A stretch of 64,000 nt of DNA. Source: Piromyces finnis finn (Eukaryota > Fungi > Neocallimastigomycota). The stretch is taken from contig MCFH01000019.1 of assembly GCA_002104945.1 (NCBI GenBank), forward strand, positions 793,074 to 857,073, written 5' to 3'. Under the pieces are notes generated by a model. The model ran no database searches. It saw only the letters and a program-made list of their open reading frames with translations, and was not told where the DNA came from. A program made the translations under genes and the position numbers. Shown in pieces: positions 10,976 to 26,069 of this stretch (its first letter is position 1; the number at the start of each line of letters is the position of its first letter).

Positions 10976-13900
10976 TTAATTTTCACTCTTCAAGCTTTGA
11001 ATACTTCTCTTTCTTCTAATAGAATCAGCTAAATCCTTAATTCTAAATTTAATATCAGTTCTACTACGACCAACGTAGTTTGATATTTCAATCCATCTAT
11101 CCATTGGATTTTCCTTGAATTGTGTAGTTGGGAATTTTAAGAGGGCTTCTTCTAATTTTGTTTGTTGTTCTGGAGTCCATGGCTTTAATGATATTCCAGA
11201 TGGACAACGTCTTAAACTTTTAGTTTGTTCAATAGTTTCGACTTCAACCTTTTCTTCTGAAGATGGTGATTCAATAATTTCAGTTTGTTCTTCACTACTT
11301 TCTTCTATTTCAGTCTTATCTTCATTAACTTCTTCAGAAACATCAGCTTTTTCAATGACTTCAGTTTTATCTTCATTAACTTCTTCAATAGCTTCAGTCT
11401 TTTCTTTTATTTCTTCAATAATACCATATGATTCTTCACCGGTTAAACGTTGATTAGCGGTTAATGGTAAATCAACATTAACTTCATCACCATATATTGA
11501 CTTAACATTGAACATCTTCGTTTTAGTATCAATTTTTGGGACATAACCATAAATTGGTTTAACCTTGTACATTCCACGAATTTCTACAGGAGTTTCTTCA
11601 ATTTCAGCAACTGGAGTTTCAATTGCTTCTTTCTTAACTGGTTCTTCATTGGTTTCAGCTGGAGTTTCAACTGATTCCTTCTTAACTGGTTCTTCAGATT
11701 TTTCATTATCTTCTTGTTCCTTTGCCTTCTTAGCAGCCTTCTTAGCAGCCTTTTCAGCCTTTCTTTCAGCTTTAGTCTTCTTTTTATCATCACCAAATGA
11801 AATAGTTAATTCTTCTTTTTGTTCTTCTTTCTTTTCTTCTTCCTTCTTTTCTTCTCTTAATTTTCTACTTGATTTCTTTGAACGAAGTTTACCCATAGAA
11901 ATTTTCTTCTTTAAAATATCCTTAATACGTTTAGCATTTTCTTCTTCAATTTTCTTAACTTCCTTTAAGATTTCTTCCTTTGGTTTAACTGGTTCTTGTG
12001 GTTTTTTTTCTTCTTTCTTTTCAACCTTCTTTTCTTCCTTCTTTTCTTCCTTTGGCTTGGAAGCTTCTAATCTAGCCTTTGACTTCTTCTTCTTAATTTT
12101 CTTACTCTTTTTAGTTTCTGGTTTAGCTTCTACTGGAGCTTCTTCTTTCTTTTGTTCTTCAATAACTACAGTTTTTTCTTCAACTGGTGCTATTTCTTCC
12201 TTTTTATCTTCTTCGATTTCTTTTACAGTTTCTTCAGCTGTTAATGGTAAATCAACATTTATATTATCACCATAAATAGATTTTACAGAATACATTTTAG
12301 TCTTTGTATCAATATCAGGAATAACTCCATATATTGATTTAATTTTATACATACCACCATTAACATTATTGACTTCTTCCTTAACTTCTTCAGTTGGTGT
12401 AACTTCTTCAGCAACGATTGGTTCTTCAGCTGGAGTTTCTTCCTTAATTTCTTCAACAGCTGGTTGTTCAACTGGAACATCAACTTCCTTATTTTCTTCA
12501 ATACTTACTTGTTCTTCAACTGGGGCAACTTCTTCCTTGATTTCTTCAAGGATTTTTGGTTCTTCTACTGGGGCAACAACTTCCTCAGTAGTAGCAGAAT
12601 CTTCAGTTGGGGCAGCAATTTCTTCCTTTATTTCAGTAGTTTCTTCAGTAATTGGAGAGGTTTCATCAACATTAACCTTAAGTTCTTCAGAACTGTTCTT
12701 CTTCTTAGACTTCTTCTTCTTCTTGTTCTTCTTCTTAGATGAAGTAGCTGGAGCATTTTGTTCCTTTTCTTTTTCTAATTCTCTTTCTCTTTCTTCTTCT
12801 TCTTCAGAATCATATTCCTTTCTTATAATTTTCTTTTTAGTTCTTCTCATACCACCAATTCTAGAAATTGATGGTAATTTCTTTAACATTTTAGTAACTT
12901 CTGGTTTTTTAACTTCTGGTTCCTTCTTTTCTTCTACAACTTCAACCTTTTCAACTTCTGGTTCTTTTTTTTCTTCTTTAATTTCTTCAACAACTTCTTT
13001 TTTAACTTCTTCTTTTTCTTCTTCAACTGGAGCCATAGTAGCTAATTCAGCAGCATATTTTTCACCTTCGTTTAAGTGATCTTCATTGAAATAAGTAGAT
13101 GCAGCTTCCCATCCATTTTCGCTAGCTCTGAGTAAGTAAACACGGTATGCTGTTAAATTATCAGCATCCATTTGTGAAATATATTCATCTAATTTCTTTA
13201 ATTGACTTTCAATTTGTTCTGCACTAGCTGGGGTAGCTGGGTCAATTAAGTAATTATTATCCTTAAAAAATATTTATAAATATTAATATGGTGTTATTAT
13301 TTTTTATATTTATATATTTATTGATTTTATAAAAATTATAAATATACTATTTCACAAAGAGTTAATATTTATATAAAAAACATACTTGTAAGAATTTCTT
13401 TAAAGTTTTCTTTTCCTTACGAATAACTCTCTTTTTCATTTCCTTTTCTTTCTTTTCTCTAGCAATTCTTTCTTTTTCTTCAAGGATAGCATTTTCTTTG
13501 GCCTTTTCTTCTTCTTCCTTTCTCTGTTATATATATTACATATTTTTATATTTTATTGTTAAATATTTCATTATTACCCTCTTATATGTATACTTTTTTC
13601 AAAAATAATAATTTAATTATGCTATATAATAAATATTATTAATATTACTCTCTTTTCTTCTTCAGCAGCAGCAATTTGAGCAGCTCTCTTTTCTAAACGC
13701 TTAGCTTCCTTAGCTTCACGATCAGCCTTTTTGTAAAGTGCTAATCTTGGATCAGTTCTTACAGCTAAATCTATATATATTAAGAATTTTTATTTTATTT
13801 ATTAGTGCTGTCTTCCATATAATATATTTCAAATATTAAAAATAGCTAATATGGTTATTATGAGTTTACCAATTAAATTAATAATTCTTTGATTATCTTC

Positions 13901-15341
13901 CTTCTTATGTTTGGCTCTAGCATTTTTATTCTTACGTTCAAAGTAACGTCTATCTTCACGACTATATTAATAAATTTTATTTGTATAAATGAATTTATAA
14001 AATATTATGGTTAAAATTACATTTATATATTTTCTAAAAATAATTTATTAATAATGAGATATTAATAATTATATTACTTTTCATAATTTTCAGTATCTTC
14101 TTCATCAAGATATTCAAAAGATCTCCATGAATCAAAGTTTGACCAGAATCTGTAAAATCCTTCAACTTCTTCACGAGTACTATTCATATCACCAAGGGAT
14201 GGAACAGGTTGAATATTTGAAAATCTTTATATACATGAATATTTAATTTTTATAAAGATTTTTATTAGTACAAAATTTTCTTATTTTATTTTTTCATTAA
14301 ATCTTTTCTACTTAAATTTTTCCACTCTTTATTTTTAAATACATTTAGGTACTATTTATTAATATATTAATAATTTTATAATATACCTAGAATTTCTTTC
14401 AAAAACTGGAGTCAAAACATCAAAGAATTCTTCCTTTGAACATTTAGTTGGAATTGATTCATCAAATTCAGGATCAACAGAATCAAATTGTCTTCTTTTT
14501 ACTGGGTCAGTAATAATTTCATAAGCTATATTTAAAAATAGGTAATATAATTGTTATTTAATGAATAATTTATTATATAAATACTTATTAAAAAAAAGTA
14601 TTTTATATTATATATATTTTTATATTAAAAATATACCTTTTTGGATGCATTTGAAGAATGAATCATTGTTAGTATTACCATCTGATGCCTTCTTATCTGG
14701 ATGATGTCTTAAAACCTTCTTACGGTCTTTTTTTATTTTATATTTTTTATTTATTAATATAAATTAATATTAATTTACTTTTTTTTTCTAAAGTTATTAT
14801 TATATATAATTTTATATACATCTTTAAAAAAAACTTACAAGCTTTTTTAATATCTTCTTCAGTAGCATTAATTCTTAATTTAGATAAACCTAAAACAGCA
14901 TAGTGATCTTGGGACTTTTTTTTATTATTTATTAAAATAAATAAAATGTTGCAAATAATATATAAATTATGAATTTTTCATGAATAAAAATTGATTTTAG
15001 AATATCAGGATAAAATATAAAATAAAGCGAATTGAAAAGAAAAAAAAAGACAATTATCAATATACCTTCCAGTTGTATGGATTTAATTTTAATAATTCTG
15101 GAGTTTCTTCTTCATAATCACTGTCATCATCAATGTCTTCATTTTCATTCTTACTAACATCTTCATAAAACTTATCAAAACCACTTTCTAAACATTGTTG
15201 GTATTTCATTAAACGTTCTCCAACCTTTTCAACTGAGAATAATTCTGGTTTTTCAATGTCATATTTAATATATTTTTGATCCTTTATTTCTGGATTAATA
15301 TCTTTTGGTAATTCTGGTAAAGAAACAATAACGGATTTCAT
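10976..15341 (-). CDS. ZUO1: Zuotin/DNAJC2 (MPP11) ribosome-associated J-protein with a very long E/K-rich insertion and one C-terminal SANT domain, 9 exons
   Basis: Spliced: WK|[14 protein letters not shown]...[16 protein letters not shown] (J domain with HPD), [45 protein letters not shown], charged middle region, helical RAC-head-like segment, ~615-aa acidic spacer, then [22 protein letters not shown]...[20 protein letters not shown]. Confidence 0.93.
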
Positions 15342-15633
15342 TTTTATTATTATGATTTCTTATATAAAAAAAATATCTTAAAAATAACCAAGAAAATAAC
15401 TGACTAATAAATAATAAATAAGTATATATCGAATATAATTTAAATTTTTTATAATGAACTAATTGAACATTTAATTATTATTTGAAATAATTAAATGTCT
15501 CTAAATAAAAAGTCTTCGATAATAATTTAATTAAATTTGGCAAGTTTTAAATTATATATGTATTTTTTTTTATGTAGTTTATTTTTTTTATCAATATAAA
15601 AAAAATAATAAAAATTAATATATCTTTAAGGAT

Positions 15634-15642
15634 GATTGGCTA
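15634..15642 (-). promoter_or_regulatory. CCAAT box (TAGCCAATC) in the divergent ZUO1/MED10 promoter
   Basis: GATTGGCTA on the plus strand, ~290 bp upstream of the zuotin ATG, in otherwise G/C-poor DNA. Confidence 0.3.
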
Positions 15643-15843
15643 AAAATATAATTATTCAACCTATTAGAATGGATTGAAATTTGAAATTTTAAATACAATT
15701 TTTATATTTTAAAAATTAATTTATTACTAAAACTTTAAAAACTTTATTTTTCAACGAATAAAAATCCTTAATATATTTTTTAAATTTTATAAATAATAAA
15801 ATTTATTATTAGAAAGAAATAAATATAATTTATTTATTCATTC

Positions 15844-16025
<182 letters not shown>

Positions 16026-16346
16026 TTGCTAATAAACGAATTTATAAATTTAAATATTATATTTTTTTAAAAATGTTTAAATTTATTTATCTATTTAAAT
16101 AAACATTATTAAATATCAAATAGTGATATATTTAATAAATTTACTAATAAATTTAAAAGTTTTAATAATAAAAAAAAAAAATTGTTTAAAATCCATCAAA
16201 CTTTTTATAAAATTATATTAAAGGCCAATTTATACATTTTTATTAAAAAAAATTCAAAATATAAAAAAATATATTAATTATATTTAAAAAAAACCATTAC
16301 TATCTAAATATTATATATCAAATAAAAATAAATAATCTAATTCAAA

Positions 16347-17078
16347 ATGGAAGATGAAATCAACATTGAAGATATTGATGACTTTGATAATTTTGATGAT
16401 AATTTGAATAATGACTATGAAGATAAATTAGTAGGAGATCCATTAGATTTATTGGAAAATAAAACTTTAGAATTAATTAATACTTTATATAATTTAAATG
16501 TGATCGTTTATGATTTTCAAAAAGAGAGTACACCTGTATTACATAATAAAATGTAATTATATTATTTTTTATTATTGTTTTCATCACCTTTATAATAAAC
16601 AGTCAAATATATAATATTAAATCATAATTTTTTCAAAAAATCTAAATTAAAGTTCATATAAAATAATTAACCATTTTAAAATTTTTATAATTACATAATT
16701 ATTAGTAATGAAGTTGTGAATGAATTAAAGGATTTGGATGAAATTAAAGATAATGTTGATATTAAAATACCGCAAGAATTACTAGAGTAAATATTATATA
16801 TAATTTATTTTAAATATTTTATTTTTATTTAAAATTGTAATAAATATATTTTTTAATCAATAAATTCAATATTAAATTTCACATTCCATTTAATGAATAT
16901 TATTAATTTAAAAGTGATGTTGAACAAGGAAAAAACCCTGATATTTTCTCCGACAATTTAATAAGAGAAACAATATCACAAAATCAAAGTACTAATGGTA
17001 AAATAGAAGCTATAAAGGTAAATAAAAAATATTACTTATTTAAAAATTACCTAATTTCATTTTAATAATTAAATACAA

Positions 17079-17111
<33 letters not shown>

Positions 17112-17245
17112 AATTAAAATAAATTTTTAAAAATGAATAAATATAATAAAAATAGAAATTAAGTAGGTCCTTACAAAAAAGTATTCAAAATGCTTATCCA
17201 AAAGATTTTGAAATATACCAAAAATTATCAAATCCAAAAAAATAA
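16347..17245 (+). CDS. MED10: Mediator subunit MED10 (Nut2), 4 exons
   Basis: LINTLYNLNVIVYDFQKESTPVLHNKI|NEVVNELKDLD...IKIPQELLD|DVEQGKNPDIFSDNLIRETISQNQSTNGKIEAIK|KLSRSLQKSIQNAYPKDFEIY matches the Med10 pattern (VxDFQ, IDxGxNP, NxxxxGK). Confidence 0.88.
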
Positions 17246-17768
17246 TTAGCAACTACATTAAAAATTATTATATATATAATTCACTTTTAAAACATTTATA
17301 ATCTTGTAAATCATTTTCACTATACTTCCTTAAAATATATTACACTTTTGTAGTAGCAATTTCATTAAATAATAAAAATAATTATAATAAACAAAATATA
17401 ATTTAACACATTAATTCGCTGTAGCATATACTATAATAGTTATATTGTAAATTTATATAATATTTAAATTAATTTTTTTTTAGTTATTTCTTTTTAGTTT
17501 TTCGTTTGTTTTGCTCGCATTTTAAAAATTTTATATATACCTATTTTCCTATTCTTCTTTAAAAAAATAATAGTGTATATATCTTATTAATTTCTTTTTA
17601 TAAACATTTAGATATAAAAAATTAAAAAATGTGAATTAAATATTTCTTTTTAAAGAAAGCTATCTATGCATGAATATTTACATGGCATTTATATATTAAT
17701 TATTTATGTTTTTAAAAGATAAATAAATATAAAATATAAATTCTATTATTAGTTAATAATAAATAATT

Positions 17769-18410
17769 TTAACAAATAATACAATTGCCCTTGGAATGAC
17801 TTTTCTTGTTAATATCTCTTGAACCAGAGATACTTCTTGAGGTGGCAGCTGGTGCAGCATCAGTAGCTGGTGCAGAACTTTCAGCTGGCTTATTACCATA
17901 AGCTGGAATTTGAGCACCTTTTTTGAATAAAAGGGAAATACAACCTGGGTTTGGTTCATTCATTTTATATTCAATGCCATGAGTATTAACTAATTCTTCA
18001 ATAGCTGGTTTAATCTTTGGAATTTTATCAATACTGTGGTTACCACGACCAACAATAACAATTAATGCATCAATATTCTTTTGTTTACATAATTTTATTC
18101 TTTCTTCAACAAATCCCTTAGATTCTTCAACAAATAAACCGTGTAAATCAATTTCATGAACTGGTAAATTCTTGTCACTATTATTTAATTTAAAAATTAA
18201 ATTGGCAGCCTTTTTATTACATTCTATCATTTCTTGATCATATTTTTTTCCTTCGTCAGAAAGTTCCTTAGCTTTTGCTTTGTCACCACTCTTGAAAGCT
18301 TGTTGAGAACGTTCAAAACAATCACCTCTCTTTTTAGCAAGTTCTTGAGCTTGATCTCTTAAATTATCAATTTCTGGTGGGAATTCATCATAGAAATTGT
18401 TCTTAACCAT
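17769..18410 (-). CDS. DUF1771 + Smr-domain protein (YPL199C/NONU-1-like putative endoribonuclease), intronless, C-terminal CaaX
   Basis: LRDQAQELAKKRGDCFERSQQAFKSGDKAKAKELSDEGK (DUF1771-like), IDLHGLFVEES and IVGRGNHS (Smr motifs), NPGCI. Ends ...KKSHSKGNCIIC*. Confidence 0.88.
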   Translation of the reverse strand: MVKNNFYDEFPPEIDNLRDQAQELAKKRGDCFERSQQAFKSGDKAKAKELSDEGKKYDQEMIECNKKAANLIFKLNNSDKNLPVHEIDLHGLFVEESKGFVEERIKLCKQKNIDALIVIVGRGNHSIDKIPKIKPAIEELVNTHGIEYKMNEPNPGCISLLFKKGAQIPAYGNKPAESSAPATDAAPAATSRSISGSRDINKKSHSKGNCIIC

Positions 18411-19742
18411 GTTGACTTTTTTTTCAAACTAATAAATAATTATTATAAAAATAATGATTTTATAATATAAAGTTTATTTTTTTTTTTATCTATATGATAC
18501 TTTTTTTTTTTCTTTTTGTAAAATTATTTAATTTAAATGAAAAAAAAAAAATAAAAAAATAAGGAAATCGTAGGTTATATATATTCTATAAATTAATTAT
18601 TAAATTTATTTTCAAAGTATAATTATTAATTTTTTAAGTTTAATTTTTTTAAAATAATGGCATTACCAAATTAATTATAATATATTGATGAATATAAAAG
18701 TTTTATAAAAAAAAAAAAAGGCAATTGTTATTTTATGTTTATTGAAACTTTAAACTGAATGAAGTATATATCAATAGAGTATATTTTAATTATTATCATT
18801 TATTATTACTCTAATTAACATTTATTATTATTATTATTATCATTATTATCATTTATTATTATACTAATATAATGATATACTATTTTATAAATTTTATAAT
18901 CAAGTAGTATTAATAAATCTTAAATACTAATAATTTCAACTTTTATTATTTATTATAATTATTATTCACTGGCCTATTCTTCTACCTTTTAGGGAGCCAT
19001 TTTAAAACACACCACCACAAATTAAAATTAAAACAAAACTACTTATATATTATAATATAATAATAATTTATAAATAAAAGATTAATTTCCACTTTTAGTA
19101 TTTTTTAATATTTAAAATTTTTATATTATATATTATTAATGTTTTAGATTTTATATATATATATATTGAATAATATATTAATATTATAATATAGAATATA
19201 TAATTATTATCCAATAAGATTTATTCATCAAATTTAATAAATTACCTTAAATGTCAATATATATTAAATTTCCTTTTTAAGAATTTTATAATGAATTCAA
19301 AATGTAAATTATAAAAAAGGTTGATGGATCATGCGTTATGTTTTTTTAGAGTAAAGCAAAAAAAGCAAAAGGTGAAAGGAAAAACTTGCTACATTTCATT
19401 TGAAATTCTCTAAAAAATAATACAAAAATGTGAATGAAAATATTCCATTTATATAATAAATAAACTTTTCTATTTATACCTTTGAAAACATATAGTGTTT
19501 TACCAAATTTCATTAAAATCAAATAATTTACTATTTTTTATAATTTTATTATTCTATATATAATAATAATAAAAGCAGTAAACAAAATATTAGTGATTTT
19601 ATGGAATTAGTTGTACATTATAGTATAATAATATAATAACAAGAGTTATTCATTTTATATAAAAAAAAGAAAGTGATAAAAAAAATTTGTTTTTTTTTTT
19701 TAAAAAAAATTAATTATTAAATTTTAAATTTTTTAATTTTTA

Positions 19743-19786
19743 TTAAAAAAAAACCCACATTTTTTAAGGTGTGGGTTTTTTTTTAA
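19743..19786. repeat. Perfect 17-bp inverted repeat with a 10-nt loop
   Basis: TTAAAAAAAAACCCACA (19743-19759) and TGTGGGTTTTTTTTTAA (19770-19786). Confidence 0.85.
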
Positions 19787-20097
19787 AAAATTTTTTTAAA
19801 GATATACTATAATAATTATATATATTATATACCTTAATATGAATAAATAAAGATGATATTTTTATAAATTTTATTTTTCTTTTTTTTTTTTATCTTTGTG
19901 TATTTATAGTTATTTATAAATATTATAAGCATATAAATATTAAATTTTATATAGGTTTTATAAATTTTGATATTCTATATTTTTATATTTTTCAAATGAA
20001 ATATAAAAGTTTTTAATTTTTATATTACTTTTTAAGTCCTTAAATAAGAATAGGATTTAATTAAATGAAGAATAAATGAATGGAAAAATTTAATATC

Positions 20098-20177
20098 TTA
20101 TTTAGTATACCATGAAAAACATAATAAAGTATAATAAAACATAAAGTTTATTATGTTTTTCATGGTATACTAAATAA
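20098..20177. repeat. Perfect 31-bp inverted repeat with an 18-nt spacer
   Basis: TTATTTAGTATACCATGAAAAACATAATAAA (20098-20128) is the exact reverse complement of 20147-20177. It extends about 7 bp further after one mismatch. Confidence 0.9.
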
Positions 20178-22411
20178 AATATTAATTATTGTAATAAAGC
20201 ATAAAGCTATATTTTATTTTTATATTTTACTATATGAAATTTGAAAAATTAAAATTTCAAAGTTTATATTATTTCAACGCTATTCATATATATTTAAAGG
20301 ATTATAAAGATCGATAATAAAAAAGTATTAAAGGTTTAAGCTTAATTATAATGATATATATTAATCATTATTTAATATTAATTAGTATAAAAACGACTTT
20401 TCTTATCTCCACAAATAATAAAAATATAACCATTTAACAGATAAATTATAAAGTGATATCATTTACAATATTGCTTTTATAAAAATATGTAATATTAAAA
20501 TTTGTATTCTTAATTATTTTCTTTAAAGATAATATTTTGAAAATATAAAAAAAATATTTATAGAAAAAAGATATCTAAAAGTATCTTGGAAATTTTGTTT
20601 ATTATGTACAAATTACATAATTCTTTTAATTCCATCATATTAAACCAGACTAAAAAAAAACTTACTATAAATGAAGCATATTAAATATGTTTATCTACTG
20701 TAAAGTTTTTCTTTAATAAAGTTTTTAATTAAATAGTAGATCTAGCTTTTTATTTCTTCTTTTCTATAAAAAAAAAAAAAGAGAGAGAAATAATAATAAT
20801 AAAGATGATGGTAATGATGATGATAAAAATGATAGTAATGACAAGGTTTTATATAAATGTTAATATAAATAAAATAAATATTTATTTAGTATCCTTTTAA
20901 AAAATTTTTTAACATTCCAATGTAAAATTAAACTTTTAATATAATAATTATTTAATGATAATTTCACCTACAATTATTTAATAATTGAAATTGAATAATA
21001 CTATGACCTATAAAAAGGTAAACTTCACTTAAAATTTATAATTATTTAATAAAAAAAAATTATAATGATTATATTAAAATGGAAAGTTTGGCATTTTTTT
21101 TTTTTTTAAATGAATATTAAAAAGCATTTTATAAACATACATTGTTAAATCTAACAATTAATAATTAATTAATTCAATACTTAATTATTACTATTACAGA
21201 ATTATCAATAATCCAAAATTATACTTTGCTATATGTTTTGTTAGTAAAAATTTATAAAAACAGAATTTCAATATAATTTATAATCAAACAAATTGTATTA
21301 ATATAAATATTATTTAAAATGCTGAAGGAGGCAATAAATGAATTCTTATAAATAGCAAATATTCTACTATAGAATATATTCATTTAAATGTTATTAAATA
21401 GACTCAATTTATAATTTATAACATTTAAAATGAGATTATTTAAATATAAAGATTTAAATACAAAGTATAATAATAAATTATTATTACCAATAATTTTAAT
21501 TATTACAATATAAAATTAAATAAATAATAGTAGCAATAAAAAAGTACAAATAATAATCATCTTTTTACTTCTTTGAATTAAATAATATTTTAAATAAATT
21601 CTTTATCATCTTTAATATGAAATATAATGTGTATACTGCACATTCCCATTAGTATTCAATGAATTGAAAATAGTTTACATAACTATTCATAACTATTACA
21701 TTAAAAAAAAAAACTACTTTATATTATTGTTTTTTTTAAAAAAAAAAATAATAATTATAATATTTTAAAATACTAAAATAAACTATATAATATACATATG
21801 TGAATTTTAATAAGGAACATCTATTCTAGTAATAATAATAAATATTTTACACTAAAAAGAATATAATTTATACAAATATTAATAAAAACACATATAAAAC
21901 AATAACAATCTATATATTCTATTATATTTTATATTTATTACTATTTTATATTTATAATCTACATTATTTTTGAAAAAAAGATAGAATTCCAAAGTGTAAT
22001 GAAGTTTCCCTTCTTCACTCAAATAAATTTATTGGATAATTATAAGTTTTTTTTTTTGTATTCTTGATTGGTTGAAATACTTCATCAATCTATATTTGGA
22101 ATTGTCCTCCATTTCAGGTAGATTAAAATTTTAGAAATACTACATTTAATAATTTATTCAATTAAACCAAAGTTAACTTTTTAAGCTAAATAGTTATAAT
22201 GATATTGTCTCTTAATTATTATTGTTTTTCAATATTTTTAATAATATTTTAATATATTTTTAATGATATGTATATATATACTACATAAACTTAAAAATGA
22301 ATATTTTATTTCTATCCCTTTTAATTATTTATTTACTTTTATAATTATTTATGAAATTGTAATTTTAAAAAATATTTAAAATATATAAATTGTAAATCTA
22401 TAAATTACTTA

Positions 22412-22444
<33 letters not shown>

Positions 22445-23022
22445 CCATAAATCCATTATTATAATAATATTTTTTTTTTTAGTCTATTTATTTATTTTAT
22501 TATACTTTATTATTGTTTCCTTTTTAATAAATAATTAATACATAGTTTGGTAAAATAACAGAGTTTTTTAATTACTAAATATTCATCATTTTTATATAAA
22601 TTTACTTTTGATATAGGCATGATATATGTTATGATAATTATGGGGAAAATATATAATAATAATAAAAATAAAAATAAAAAAAAAAAAAAAAAAAAATTAA
22701 TAATTGAATTTGTGTAATTATATAGAAATAACTTGATATTCCCCTTTAAATCTCTTTTTCTATTTTTTAAGTTTTTTTTTTTTTTTTTTTTTTTTTTTTC
22801 ATTTAGTAAACGATAAATTAATTAATAAATATATATATAATATAGATAATTGAAAAAGAATATGAGAGGTTTTTGTTTCATATTTCTCTGGTTTTAATTT
22901 TGGTTTTTGGCTTTAGATAAATAAAATGATATAAAGATTTCATTGTCAACATAAATCCATTAAAAGATTAATTTTATCACCGACAAATATATTACTTGAA
23001 AAGAATGTTTTTTTTTTTGTTA

Positions 23023-25812
<2,790 letters not shown>

Positions 25813-26038
25813 TTTTCTTCACCTACTTCTTCTCTCTTTTTTTTTTTTTTTTTTTTTATTTTATTTTATTTTTATTTTAAAAAATGGTTCATTAAATAAT
25901 GTTTTGCATTATATTTATGTATAATTGTTGAATCTTTTTTTCTCTACAACATTTATATTAAATTCACTTTTATTTTTTCTCTTTTTAATAAAAAAAAAAT
26001 AAAAAGAAAAAAAGAAAAAATATATTTCTCCACTAAAC

Positions 26039-26069
<31 letters not shown>

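Noticed and set aside
11115-13079. Long plus-strand ORFs 11115-11453, 11565-12275, 12369-13079 and 12464-12742
   Set aside because: They are S/F/T-rich antisense shadows of the E/K-rich zuotin exon, which lacks antisense stops because of its codon bias.
19743-19810. Helitron 3' end interpretation of the hairpin
   Set aside because: There is no CTRR terminus at the expected distance on either side.
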